Source: an uncultured Chitinophagales bacterium
Lineage (GTDB): Bacteria > Bacteroidota > Bacteroidia > Chitinophagales > JADIYW01
Direction: 5' to 3'
Assembly: GCA_964653095.1 (NCBI GenBank)
Contig: CAZZEH010000001.1
Coordinates: 59,833 to 123,832 of the forward strand
DNA length: 64,000 bases
Shown in pieces: positions 25,573 to 34,919 of this stretch. The notes below the pieces were generated by a model, which was given only the letters and a program-made list of their open reading frames with translations, made no database searches and was not told where the DNA came from. The stretch's first letter is position 1. Every line of letters begins with the position of its first letter. A program made the position numbers and the translations under genes.

Positions 25573-25986
25573 TTATCTAATCGTCCCAATAAAACGGCGG
25601 CAATCATAAACCGGAAGTTCTGAAAAGTAAAAATCTTCGACATCTTCGGTGATAACAGCCTGACAACCGTACTGCAATGCGGAATAATACTCCAAACCAT
25701 CTTCAAAATCTAACACTTTTGGATTGGAAGCAGCCAAAGAAACCGTTTCCCTGTTAGTCTCTATGATGCTCAAATGCTCAGAAAGAATCACCATCTTCTC
25801 TTTGGCCCGTTTTGTCCCGCATTTCTTTTCAGCAAAATAGACAGCAATTGCCAGACAAATCGGTGAAGTACATACCTCATATCCATACCGCTCTGTCAAA
25901 CTTAAAATTCTTGATGAATAGGTAAACAAAGGATACTCCCTGTTAAGAACAGAGACAATGACATTGGCATCCAGGAAAATTTTCAA
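25573..25986 (-). CDS. PIN-domain toxin (VapC-like)
   Basis: The N-terminus is MKIFLDANVIV. Conserved acidic residues include ITEDVEDF. It is 137 aa and starts 2 nt after the antitoxin gene. Confidence 0.85.
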   Translation of the reverse strand: MKIFLDANVIVSVLNREYPLFTYSSRILSLTERYGYEVCTSPICLAIAVYFAEKKCGTKRAKEKMVILSEHLSIIETNRETVSLAASNPKVLDFEDGLEYYSALQYGCQAVITEDVEDFYFSELPVYDCRRFIGTIR

Positions 25987-25988
25987 AA

Positions 25989-26243
25989 CTATTTCTTGGA
26001 ATCAAAAAAATCAGATTTCATTTTTTTACGTGAGGGCGTACGCCTGTACTCTATTCGCTCTTCTGCCACCATATTCACCCAGTCGGCTATCGGCAAATCA
26101 TCAATCAGACGGGCATTTCCGGAAGTCAGCTTTTCATATATTAACTCCGTCAGCCGAGACAAACTCATCCCTCTGTCCGCCGCATAGTCTTTAGCCTTTT
26201 CGATGACCTCTTTATTAAAGGAAAGTGTGATTTTGGCATCCAT
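25989..26243 (-). CDS. ribbon-helix-helix-type antitoxin (VapB-like)
   Basis: The N-terminus MDAKITLSFNKEVIEKAKDYAADRGMSLSRLTELIYEKL follows a beta-strand plus two-helix RHH pattern. It lies directly upstream of the PIN gene. Confidence 0.75.
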   Translation of the reverse strand: MDAKITLSFNKEVIEKAKDYAADRGMSLSRLTELIYEKLTSGNARLIDDLPIADWVNMVAEERIEYRRTPSRKKMKSDFFDSKK

Positions 26244-26246
26244 AAT

Positions 26247-26281
26247 TATATTTTATACGACAAAGTTATATATTTTATACG
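26247..26281 (-). promoter_or_regulatory. toxin-antitoxin promoter/operator: two perfect 13-bp direct repeats flanking a -7 box
   Basis: TATATTTTATACG occurs at 26247-26259 and 26269-26281, a 22-bp period. The minus-strand box TAACTTTG (26261-26268) lies between them, 17 nt from the antitoxin ATG. Confidence 0.55.
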
Positions 26282-26363
26282 TACAATGCAGGTTTATCTT
26301 ATTTCTAAGCTGTGTTTTGCGTTTTTTATCTAAAACATTTCCATGATTTCCTAACTTCATGAC

Positions 26364-27347
26364 ATGAAGAGTATTTTGATTACCGGGATTACCGGGTTGA
26401 TAGGCAAACATCTGATGTACAGACTTTTGGAAGAAGGCGGATTTAAAATCAAAGGACAGTACTTTTCTCCCCGAAATACAGATGAATACACCTCCGCAGG
26501 TGTGGAAATGGTGCAGGCAGATATTTGTCAGCCCGGGCAAATTTCAGGACTGACCGCAGATTGCGAAATTGTGGTACACAGTGCGGCGAGAGTCATTGAC
26601 TTTGGTTCCAAAGAAGACTTTTATCTGTCCATTTATGATGCGACCGAATGGGTTTTGAGCGACGCCCTCCAACACGGAGTCAGGCATTTTATTTATCTCA
26701 GTTCTTTCGGACCGGCTACCTGTTTAGACAGATCGGAGAAACTGCCGGACGAAAGTGTACCATTGGTCAAAAGCGGAGTTTTCTATGATGATGCCAAAAT
26801 TGATGCAGAAGAATTAGTAAAGTCTTTTTGCACCAAACACAATATAATTTATACGATTATCAGACCTTCCGCTATTATCGGTCCGGACAGTATCTGGGTA
26901 CGCGAACCTCTCAAAAGAGCTCAAACTTTTCTTGGAGTTAAGCTGATTGAAAATGGTCGTTTCGATGCCTGTCTAACAGATGCTGATAATTTGGCGGACG
27001 GGATTTTTAAAACTATTACCAATCCGATTGCTCATAATCAGACCTATTTCTTCATGGATGATTATCAGATAAGCTGGAAAAAATATCTGACAGATTTACT
27101 GGCAATGAAAGGCTACCGCCCCAAAGGAAATATATCCAAAAAAACAGCCCTTCGACTGGCAAAAATTATGGGTAAAACCTTCCCTGTTTTTGGTGTCAAT
27201 CCTCCCATCTCTCCAAAATCTATTATGGCTACCGGATCAGACCGCCGAGTAGATTGCAGTAAAGCCAAAAAAGAACTGAATTGGAAAAGTCAAGTAACTT
27301 ATGAAGAAGCTATGCAAAAAATCAAAAACTCTTTGAATGGCAACTAA
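26364..27347 (+). CDS. NAD-dependent epimerase/dehydratase (extended SDR)
   Basis: The Rossmann motif is ILITGITGLIGKHL. The catalytic motif is YDDAK (YxxxK). Confidence 0.9.
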   Translation: MKSILITGITGLIGKHLMYRLLEEGGFKIKGQYFSPRNTDEYTSAGVEMVQADICQPGQISGLTADCEIVVHSAARVIDFGSKEDFYLSIYDATEWVLSDALQHGVRHFIYLSSFGPATCLDRSEKLPDESVPLVKSGVFYDDAKIDAEELVKSFCTKHNIIYTIIRPSAIIGPDSIWVREPLKRAQTFLGVKLIENGRFDACLTDADNLADGIFKTITNPIAHNQTYFFMDDYQISWKKYLTDLLAMKGYRPKGNISKKTALRLAKIMGKTFPVFGVNPPISPKSIMATGSDRRVDCSKAKKELNWKSQVTYEEAMQKIKNSLNGN

Positions 27348-27403
27348 ACGCTGCAGAGTTTATGTTTAAAATTTTTGCCTGAAAACTTTCTAAAGTATGC
27401 GCA

Positions 27404-27826
27404 CTACTGCAATATAGACCAGGTCTGCCAAGGAATTCTAGTCAGTATCAAAATCAGTCCTAAAACATAATAAATCGCAATAGACTTGGCAGCTGCTTCA
27501 TCAGAAACCTTTTTAGACTTAATATGACCTACAGTCACCAAAATTATAGCTAAAATGCCAATCAGAGGGTGTTCCAGCGCATATAAACGAGATACAGGAC
27601 TGCTCATTGCTTCTGCGGAAAGACTGGCAAATCCTTTTGCCGAAATGAAATACAGAACCAGCCCAACAGTAAACTGTGTATGAAGAAAAATCATTGTAAA
27701 CTTGGCAATTTTTCGTAGCTTATTGTCTGCTTTTTTATTGAGGATAGCCAAAACAACAGATAGTAATAAGCCAATAAGTATAGCTATTGCCAAAACAGAA
27801 TGTAAATGTCTTAACCCGGTTTCCAT
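27404..27826 (-). CDS. hypothetical 4-TM membrane protein with conserved-looking His residues
   Basis: Four hydrophobic segments are present. His residues occur in or near the TM segments (HLHS, FLHTQF, LEHP, VGHI). Confidence 0.55.
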   Translation of the reverse strand: METGLRHLHSVLAIAILIGLLLSVVLAILNKKADNKLRKIAKFTMIFLHTQFTVGLVLYFISAKGFASLSAEAMSSPVSRLYALEHPLIGILAIILVTVGHIKSKKVSDEAAAKSIAIYYVLGLILILTRIPWQTWSILQ

Positions 27827-27988
27827 ATAATATTGTTTTGGACGAAGATACTTTAAAAAATACTATTCCATGTCCGTTTTAATGAATTACAGCCTCTCCG
27901 AAGAGCGCGAATAAAGTATTTTTCCGCATTGATATGGAAAAAGGAGAATTTTAGCATCTTTATATACAGCACGTATGAATTTTATTTT

Positions 27989-30900
27989 ATGACAGCCCAC
28001 GCACAGTTTTTATTTGACGAAATACTTCAAACTCATCTCAGCGAAAAAACGCTTGCCGAAAAATATTCTGCAATGAGAAAAATTTTGGAAAGTGCACTGA
28101 GACTGATTACCTCCAAACAGGAGATTCAATTTCCCGATTTATACTCCAAACTCACCTATGTGACCGATTTGCTTAAGTTTTCGTCCCGGGAGCAGTTCGG
28201 AATACAGAATATGAGAAAAAATGCGCACCTTATTATTCTGAATAAATTCACACCCGACGAATATACCTACTATCGGGATTTGAGTGCATTAACCTACAGT
28301 GTTGCAAAAATCACAGAAGCTACTATACCGGTAAATCTGCTAACAATCGTGCAAAGCCCTCCCCTGCCGGAAAGCAAGCCAGCTTCAAAAAAGACCGAGT
28401 CCGAACATCTGAATCTGATACGTTTTTATGTTTTAAAAGTCAGTGAAGGAGAAATCCTGGGCAGAGCCGATCAGTATCCGGAAGACTATCTCAATGCAAT
28501 TTACGACCCCAAAAACTCTCCATTCAAAGAAAGTCTGAGTTATGTCAAACCGGGGCAGGTGATGCACCTGATTAACTGTCAAAAAGAAGGCAATAAAGTT
28601 ACACCTGAACTGTTCATACTCGAACCGGACTATCTTTTGGATATCAGCTCGGTAGCAGAATGTTTCAAATCATACGGTACTCATCCGTATAATTATTTTA
28701 TGAGCCGGATTACTTCCAAAGAAATTACTGTACCCATCCTGCTCGGTAATATCGCCAATCACTTCTTAGATATTTTTGTCAACCTGCCAAAAGACAGTAC
28801 TGCAAAGTTTAAAGACACCATGAAAGAAGTGTTTAAGCTTTTCCCGTTTGATATTTCCGTGAACACTGCTTTAGACGACAGAGCACATCTCCTTAGACTG
28901 TTTGACGACGCAGAACGGCAGTTTAATCATATTAAACATGTGGTACAGGAAGTGCTTCCTCAACAAAATATTCCGTTAGAACAGGCCGTTTTGGAGCCGA
29001 GTTTCTTCTGTCCGCAATTGGGTATTCAGGGGCGTTTGGACTTCCTTTCCATTCGTCCGGAAAACACTACGGTGATTGAACTTAAATCCGGCAAAGCTCC
29101 GTTTCCGGAAAGCAATACATCTTTGGTCGGTATCAATCACAGTGTTCAGCTTTTCTTATACCAAATTGTAATTCAAATGGTTTTGGGTATAAAATTCAAG
29201 CACATAAACAGCTATCTGCTGTATTCCAAATACAATGACCCAAAGTCCAACCTAAGAATGGTCAGACCCTATATGGAAAAAATTAAAGAAATTCTGGACC
29301 TGAGAAATCAGATTGTTTTCATCGAAAGAAGTGTTTCCGAAAATGAAGATTTATTTGAGAAAATCATCAGCGATATTTCTCCCAAAGTACTGATTAATGC
29401 AGGCGGCCAGAATGAGAAATTTATACAAAACTATATCATCCCGCAGATTGAGGCGTTCAAACAGCCTTTTGTCCATGCCGGTGAATTAGAAAAAGCATAC
29501 TTCTACAGTTTCTACAGCTTTGTCAGCAAGGAACTTTACATTACCAAAGCAGGAGTCAGTCACTATGACCAGGCATTGGGACACTCCGGCATTTGGCTCA
29601 ATGAAGCAGATGTTAAAATAGATGCCGGCGATATTCTCTGGGACCTGCAGATCACAGAAAATCTGTCTGATACGGAAAGGCCTGTTATTCGTCTGAGCAT
29701 CCCGGAATATAATGCTGATTTTCTTCCAAATTTCAGGCAGGGCGATATTGCTATCCTCTATCCCCGCAACCATGCCGGAGATAATGTAAGCAACAAACAA
29801 ATTTTTAGAGGAAGTATTATTGAAATCAATCATGAAGAAGTGGTTCTGCTTCTCAGATACCGTCAAAACAACACCCATTTTCTCCCCAATGACAGTCTGT
29901 ATGCTATCGAGCATGACTTTTTGGAGTCCTCGTACCGGGCAATGTTCATGGGACTGTACACTTTTTTGGAAGCCAACCAGGACAGAAAAGATTTGCTGCT
30001 CAACCAAAGAGTTTTAAGAATCTCCAATCAGGTACAGCTCAACAGACCCTGCGAAATACCGGAAATACAGCAGATAGTAGAAAAAGCAAAGAAAGCAGAA
30101 GATTATTTTCTGCTTATCGGACCGCCGGGTACCGGAAAAACCTCAATTGCTCTGAAATCTATGGTGGACGAATTTTATTCCGAACCACAAACAAATATTC
30201 TGCTGCTGGCATATACCAACCGGGCAGTAGATGAAATATGTGAATCTATTTCACAAATACAGCCTGAAATTGAATACATACGCATAGGGTCTGAATTTTC
30301 CACAGAGAAGAAATTTCAGCATCGTCTGCTGCAAAATGTGATCAAGCCATTCAGCAAACGGAATGAAGTAAAAAATACGCTTCAAAACTGCAGAGTGTAT
30401 GTCGGCACAGTGGCCTCTGTCTCAGGTAAATCTGCTCTTTTCAAACTTAAAAAATTTGATGTGGCCATCGTGGATGAAGCTTCTCAAATTTTGGAGCCCC
30501 AGATTATAGGAATTCTGACTGCAAAACACCCGGATAATGCGCACGCCATTAAGAAATTTATTTTAATTGGGGATCACAAGCAACTGCCTGCTATCGTAGT
30601 ACAAAGTCCGAAAGCAAGTATTGTGCGGCATCCAAAACTTTTGGATATCGGAATCACCGACAGAAGAATCTCTCTGTTTGAACGACTATACAGATACCAC
30701 GAAAAAGATAAACACTCCCCACATTGGTCCATGCTGAAAAAACAGGGGCGAATGCATGCTCAAATCGCTGAATTTTCCAATAAAGAATTTTATGGCGGAG
30801 AACTGCAGGTCGTACCGGTGACCCATCAGAGAAAATCATTGGAATGGAATATCACGGACAGTAAAGATTTTTTGCAAAAAATTGCGGCAACTGAGCGTTT

Positions 30901-31426
30901 AGTGTTTTTCGCCTCGAAAAAAACAGATTCAGATCAATCTTTCAAAGTAAACTCTTTCGAAGCTGAACTGATTGCAAAATTGCTGGAAAACATACATTAC
31001 CTATACCAAACCCACCAGACAGAGTTTAATCCCAAAACATCAGTCGGCATTATTACTCCGTACAGAAGTCAGATTGCCCTGATCAGAAAAAAAGTCCTTG
31101 AACTCAATTTACCCGAACTGAATGAGATTACCATAGATACGGTTGAAAGATATCAGGGTTCACAACGGGATATTATACTGTATTCTTTTTGTGTAAATCA
31201 TGAAAATCAACTTGAATTATTATCCAACACCTTTATCGAAAACGGCATTTCAATTGACCGGAAACTCAATGTCGCCTTAACGAGAGCCCGAAAACAACTT
31301 TTCATCACGGGCAATCCATATTTTTTGGAAAAAAATGTCATCTTTAGTAAAATGACCGAACATATTCGAAAATACGGTATTTATATTGAGAGTGAGAGAT
31401 TAAATAAATCCGGCACCCGTCTGTAA
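27989..31426 (+). CDS. RecB-like PD-(D/E)XK nuclease fused to a Upf1/Dna2-type SF1 helicase (Nhi-like)
   Basis: Nuclease motifs are GRLDF, IELK and QLFLY (QxxxY) at ~29020-29165. Helicase motifs are GPPGTGKTS, IVDEASQ, IGDHKQLPA, GRMH, YQGSQRDII and NVALTRAR. The ATG at 27989 is preferred over the TTG at 27929. Confidence 0.85.
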   Translation: MTAHAQFLFDEILQTHLSEKTLAEKYSAMRKILESALRLITSKQEIQFPDLYSKLTYVTDLLKFSSREQFGIQNMRKNAHLIILNKFTPDEYTYYRDLSALTYSVAKITEATIPVNLLTIVQSPPLPESKPASKKTESEHLNLIRFYVLKVSEGEILGRADQYPEDYLNAIYDPKNSPFKESLSYVKPGQVMHLINCQKEGNKVTPELFILEPDYLLDISSVAECFKSYGTHPYNYFMSRITSKEITVPILLGNIANHFLDIFVNLPKDSTAKFKDTMKEVFKLFPFDISVNTALDDRAHLLRLFDDAERQFNHIKHVVQEVLPQQNIPLEQAVLEPSFFCPQLGIQGRLDFLSIRPENTTVIELKSGKAPFPESNTSLVGINHSVQLFLYQIVIQMVLGIKFKHINSYLLYSKYNDPKSNLRMVRPYMEKIKEILDLRNQIVFIERSVSENEDLFEKIISDISPKVLINAGGQNEKFIQNYIIPQIEAFKQPFVHAGELEKAYFYSFYSFVSKELYITKAGVSHYDQALGHSGIWLNEADVKIDAGDILWDLQITENLSDTERPVIRLSIPEYNADFLPNFRQGDIAILYPRNHAGDNVSNKQIFRGSIIEINHEEVVLLLRYRQNNTHFLPNDSLYAIEHDFLESSYRAMFMGLYTFLEANQDRKDLLLNQRVLRISNQVQLNRPCEIPEIQQIVEKAKKAEDYFLLIGPPGTGKTSIALKSMVDEFYSEPQTNILLLAYTNRAVDEICESISQIQPEIEYIRIGSEFSTEKKFQHRLLQNVIKPFSKRNEVKNTLQNCRVYVGTVASVSGKSALFKLKKFDVAIVDEASQILEPQIIGILTAKHPDNAHAIKKFILIGDHKQLPAIVVQSPKASIVRHPKLLDIGITDRRISLFERLYRYHEKDKHSPHWSMLKKQGRMHAQIAEFSNKEFYGGELQVVPVTHQRKSLEWNITDSKDFLQKIAATERLVFFASKKTDSDQSFKVNSFEAELIAKLLENIHYLYQTHQTEFNPKTSVGIITPYRSQIALIRKKVLELNLPELNEITIDTVERYQGSQRDIILYSFCVNHENQLELLSNTFIENGISIDRKLNVALTRARKQLFITGNPYFLEKNVIFSKMTEHIRKYGIYIESERLNKSGTRL

Positions 31427-31517
31427 CAGCATAGAATGTATATAAAATTTACTACAATATCTTAACTCTAAGGATTTCATAATTCCTTCCAAAAGTCAGT
31501 TATTTGCATCGGTCTTT

Positions 31518-33161
31518 ATGAGTAAAAATTTTCAAAGAATAATCTGGTTCCCGGTGCTGTTTGCAATCATTCTTGCAAGCGGTATCTATCTCGGATACAA
31601 TATCCACAAAAATCGAATATTCATTTTTCACAAAAACATCTCGGACACCAGCTCAAACCCCGTGACGGAAACCCTAAATCTCATTAATGCCTATTATGTA
31701 GAAGACCCGGAATTGGAGGAGCATTATGACGATGTCGTTGAGAAACTCATTGATGCGCTTGACCCTCACTCCCACCTGATTACACATAGTGAACTTAAAG
31801 GCGTGAATGAAGAAATGACGGGTTCCTTTGAAGGAATAGGCATTGAATTTTTTGTAGTGAACGATACGATTCAGGTCATTACTCCCATTCCCGGCGGTCC
31901 ATCCGAACAATTAGGGATTTTGACCGGAGATCAAATCATCAAGGTGAACGACTCGACTGTGGCCGGAGTGGGCATTTCGAACGATGAGGTTATCAAAAAG
32001 CTGAAAGGACCTAAAGGAACAGAGGTCAAAGTCAGTATTTTCAGAAGAGGTCATAACGACCTGATTGACTTTCAGATTACCCGGGACAAAATTCCGTTAT
32101 ACAGTGTGGATGCAGGTTTTAAAATTGACAGTAAAACCGGCTATATCAAAATCGGAAGATTCAGTAGTCAGACATACAGAGAATTTTACGGCAAACTGAA
32201 AAAACTTAAAGGTCAGTACATCTCTCAGCTGATTATTGACCTCAGACAAAATCCGGGCGGCTATCTCGATGAAGCAGTCAAAATCATCAGTGAACTGCTC
32301 GGAAATAAAGAAGAGATTGTATATATAGAAGGCCGAACGGTAGAAAAACAATCTTATTATGCAGAAAGATCGGGCAGTTTTCTAGACGGAAAAATTGCAG
32401 TTCTGATAGATGAAGGTTCTGCGTCGGCAAGTGAAATTTTGGCCGGAGCTATTCAGGATTGGGACAGAGGTGTAATTATAGGAAGACGCTCGTTTGGCAA
32501 AGGACTGGTTCAGCAGCAATACCCTCTGAGTAACGGCTCCGCAATTCGCCTGACCATTGCCAAATATTACACTCCGAGCGGTCGTTCCATTCAAAGGCCG
32601 TATGAGAAAGGACACGGAGAAAAGTATAATCAGGAATTCATGGAACGATACAGCAACGGTGAACTATATCACAGCGACAGCAACAATATTTCAGGACAGG
32701 ATACTTCCAATATTTTTTATACTAAAAATCTCAACCGTCCGGTGTTTGGCGGAGGAGGAATTGTGCCGGATTATCATATTGCTCTGGACACTTCATACAT
32801 TAATCTTTTCAGTCTTCAGGTCATCTCTGGAGGTTGGATTCAGGAGTTCATTTATGATTATTTCAATAAAAACGTCTCTTTCTTCAACCGCTTTGAAAAC
32901 TTTGAAGACTTTAACCGGGATTATCAGATATCCGACAGGCTCTACAATAGCTTTTTAACTTTTTGCAGAGTCACAAAAAAATCCAAATATTTCAGTCTGC
33001 ATGATTCAGATACTGAAAAAGAGCTGAGATACCGACTTAAAGCGGCATTGGCAAGGCAGGCATTTAATACAGAGGGCTTTCTTTTTGTCACCATGAAACA
33101 GGACGCTGCTGTACAAAAAGCTCTTGAAGTGTTCAGGGAAGACCAATATCCGTTTAAATAA
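31518..33161 (+). CDS. ctp: S41-family carboxy-terminal processing peptidase
   Basis: It has an N-terminal TM and a PDZ domain (GILTGDQIIKVND). Catalytic motifs are GSASASEI and GRRSFGKG. Confidence 0.9.
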   Translation: MSKNFQRIIWFPVLFAIILASGIYLGYNIHKNRIFIFHKNISDTSSNPVTETLNLINAYYVEDPELEEHYDDVVEKLIDALDPHSHLITHSELKGVNEEMTGSFEGIGIEFFVVNDTIQVITPIPGGPSEQLGILTGDQIIKVNDSTVAGVGISNDEVIKKLKGPKGTEVKVSIFRRGHNDLIDFQITRDKIPLYSVDAGFKIDSKTGYIKIGRFSSQTYREFYGKLKKLKGQYISQLIIDLRQNPGGYLDEAVKIISELLGNKEEIVYIEGRTVEKQSYYAERSGSFLDGKIAVLIDEGSASASEILAGAIQDWDRGVIIGRRSFGKGLVQQQYPLSNGSAIRLTIAKYYTPSGRSIQRPYEKGHGEKYNQEFMERYSNGELYHSDSNNISGQDTSNIFYTKNLNRPVFGGGGIVPDYHIALDTSYINLFSLQVISGGWIQEFIYDYFNKNVSFFNRFENFEDFNRDYQISDRLYNSFLTFCRVTKKSKYFSLHDSDTEKELRYRLKAALARQAFNTEGFLFVTMKQDAAVQKALEVFREDQYPFK

Positions 33162-33317
33162 CAGGATTTACTTCTAAAAATTACCTCCCCGAATACTGCC
33201 TGTGATTTAATTTATTTATACAGGTTACAAATTAGAATCAAACCCCTTTTTTTACCTTCAAAACATCTTCCCGGACTTTCTTTTCCATATATTACAATAT
33301 AATACAAATGGAAAGCT

Positions 33318-34895
33318 ATGGAAACAGCACAGCAATCACATTACGACTATGTTATTATTGGCAGTGGGTTTGGAGGTTCAGTATCTGCTTTGAGGCTGTC
33401 CGAGAAAGGATATAAAGTTTTGGTCATTGAAAAAGGTAAATGGTTTGAACCGAAGGATTTTCCGGAATCAAACTGGCATATAAAAAAATGGCTATGGGTT
33501 CCTGCTCTGAAATTCAGAGGATTATTTAAAATAACCTTCTTTCGGCATGTAGGTGTACTTTCGGGTGTAGGTGTAGGCGGCGGTTCCTTAGTGTATGCCA
33601 ATACACTTCCGGTACCCAAAAAAGATTTTTTTGAGACAGGTACATGGGCAGGGCTGGCAGATTGGGAAAATGAACTGGACCCATTCTATAAAACTGCCGA
33701 AAAAATGCTTGGTGCCGAAAAAAATCCGTACGTCAGTAACAGCGACAAAGTCATGAAAGAACTGGCCAGACAGATTGGGAAAGAAGATCAGTACAGCGAA
33801 ACCAATGTGGCAGTTTATTTTGGAGAAGAAGGTGTCACGGTAGATGACCCGTATTTTGGCGGGGAAGGTCCTACCCGTACCGGCTGTATCCATTGCGGAG
33901 CCTGTATGCTGGGATGCAAGCACAATGCCAAAAATACGCTTGACAAAAACTATCTCTGGCTGGCGCAAAAAAGAGGTACTGAAATTTTGGCAAATTCTTT
34001 GGTTACAGATGTCATTCCGCAAAGTGAACACGGAGAAAAAGGCTATGAGATTGTATATAAAAAATCGGCGACTCTCTTTTCAAAAAAGAAAAAAGTTCGG
34101 GCTGACCATGTGGTCTTTTCGGGTGGTGTACTGGGCACAGTGGACTTGCTGCTAAAGCTCAAAGACAAATCTCTTCCTCACCTTTCCAAACGAGTGGGTT
34201 ATGGTATTCGGACTAATTCTGAGAGCCTTATCGGAGTCACTTCATTTGACAAAGACAAGTCATATTCTGACGGAGTGGCAATCGGCTCCATTATTCATAC
34301 AGATGAAAACAGTCATCTGGAACCGGTTAAATATCCCGACGGCAACGGGGCGTGGAGACCCTTAATGGCGCCTATGGTTCCGGGGAAAAGCTTTTTTACG
34401 AGAATGTTTAATGCGGTAAAAGATGTAGTCTCCAATCCAATAAAAAATCTAAAAGTGTACACGGTGGATGACTGGTCGAAAAGAACGATTATTTTACTTT
34501 TCATGCAGACTTTGGACAGCACATTGAAATTTGCGAAATCTCCTTTTGGAATGAGCAGCAAATTGGATGTGGGTCAAGCTCCGTCTTCTGACATTCCGGA
34601 AGCCAGAGATTTGGCAAGAAAAGTAGAAACAATTATTAACGGCAGGGCTATGGTACTGAGTACCGAAACTATCTTTGGGCTTTCTACAACTGCTCATATT
34701 CTCGGAGGAGCCTGTATGGGAGATTCGGCTGAAACCGGAGTTATTGACAAAGACAATAAAGTTTTTGGGTATGAAAAAATGTATATATGCGATGGTTCTG
34801 CAATTTCTGCCAATCCGGGAGTAAATCCTTCCCTCAGTATTACGGCAATATCCGAAAGAGCAATGAGTAAAATACCTGCAAAAAATAAATCTTAA
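33318..34895 (+). CDS. GMC-family FAD oxidoreductase (cholesterol-oxidase-like)
   Basis: The FAD motif is YDYVIIGSGFGGSVSALRLSEKGYKVLVIEKG. The C-terminal GMC region is AHILGGACMG...NPSL. Confidence 0.85.
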   Translation: METAQQSHYDYVIIGSGFGGSVSALRLSEKGYKVLVIEKGKWFEPKDFPESNWHIKKWLWVPALKFRGLFKITFFRHVGVLSGVGVGGGSLVYANTLPVPKKDFFETGTWAGLADWENELDPFYKTAEKMLGAEKNPYVSNSDKVMKELARQIGKEDQYSETNVAVYFGEEGVTVDDPYFGGEGPTRTGCIHCGACMLGCKHNAKNTLDKNYLWLAQKRGTEILANSLVTDVIPQSEHGEKGYEIVYKKSATLFSKKKKVRADHVVFSGGVLGTVDLLLKLKDKSLPHLSKRVGYGIRTNSESLIGVTSFDKDKSYSDGVAIGSIIHTDENSHLEPVKYPDGNGAWRPLMAPMVPGKSFFTRMFNAVKDVVSNPIKNLKVYTVDDWSKRTIILLFMQTLDSTLKFAKSPFGMSSKLDVGQAPSSDIPEARDLARKVETIINGRAMVLSTETIFGLSTTAHILGGACMGDSAETGVIDKDNKVFGYEKMYICDGSAISANPGVNPSLSITAISERAMSKIPAKNKS

Positions 34896-34919
34896 CTTTA
34901 ATAAATACTATACAATATT

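Noticed and set aside
27929-27988. A TTG start extends the nuclease-helicase ORF by 20 codons (MIWKKENFSIFIYSTYEFYF).
   Set aside because: The extension is low-complexity and A+T-rich, and it begins with a non-ATG codon. The in-frame ATG at 27989 (MTAHAQF...) is more plausible.
7704-31426. Search for mobile-element hallmarks bounding the accessory block: integrase, transposase, tRNA-adjacent att site, and flanking direct repeats.
   Set aside because: None could be found by reading. The only tRNA is 28 kb away at 59.4 kb, so no mobile_element feature is claimed.
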